This document shows, piece by piece, positions 63,846-64,000 of a stretch of DNA of 64,000 bases. The translations under genes were made by a program, and so were the position numbers. Origin of the DNA: Octopus bimaculoides (lineage: Eukaryota). Location: positions 53,032,280 through 53,096,279 of the forward strand of contig NC_068983.1 of the NCBI RefSeq assembly GCF_001194135.2. Direction: 5' to 3'. The stretch's first letter is position 1. Each line of letters opens with the position of its first letter. The notes beneath the pieces were generated by a model. The model had not been told where the DNA came from, did not search any database, and saw nothing but the letters and a program-made list of their open reading frames with translations.

Positions 63846-64000
63846 TAATTAATTAAAAGTAATTAAATATAGAATGCAATAGAGAGTTAATCTGATTTTT
63901 GACAGTATACTGACACTTGCATACAGGTTTTGGTCTTATTGGGCCTCCTAAACAAAGCACAGTTTATTACTACAGATTTTAGAATGACAAGAGAATATAC

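Overview
AT-rich (roughly 70% by eye), CpG-poor, microsatellite-dense eukaryotic DNA with three assembly gaps (5691-5700, 22255-22368, 54515-54754). The repeat families and microsatellite style fit an octopus (coleoid cephalopod) genome; this is an inference from recall, not a search result. The window looks intronic or intergenic. Most recognisable content is mobile DNA: about 35 copies of five short interspersed families (my labels A-E), eight decayed LINE relics (mostly RTE clade, two CR1/Jockey-like), a DD37D (maT) Tc1/mariner transposase fragment, a TTAA piggyBac-type MITE and a Penelope-like terminus. No protein-coding gene could be named. Short candidate exons exist on both strands at low confidence, and most ORFs in the supplied track are microsatellite or chance ORFs. 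No tRNA, rRNA or CRISPR features were found. The most notable observations: (1) a series of fold-back structures in unique DNA, including a perfect 237-bp inverted repeat with a 13-nt loop, a perfect 49-bp palindrome and an aged 73-bp palindrome; (2) two different SINE subfamily copies fused head-to-head inside one 16-bp direct repeat, suggesting priming from both ends of one break; (3) a minimal hammerhead-ribozyme-like motif; (4) a hairpin-dense 250-nt segment between divergent SINEs.
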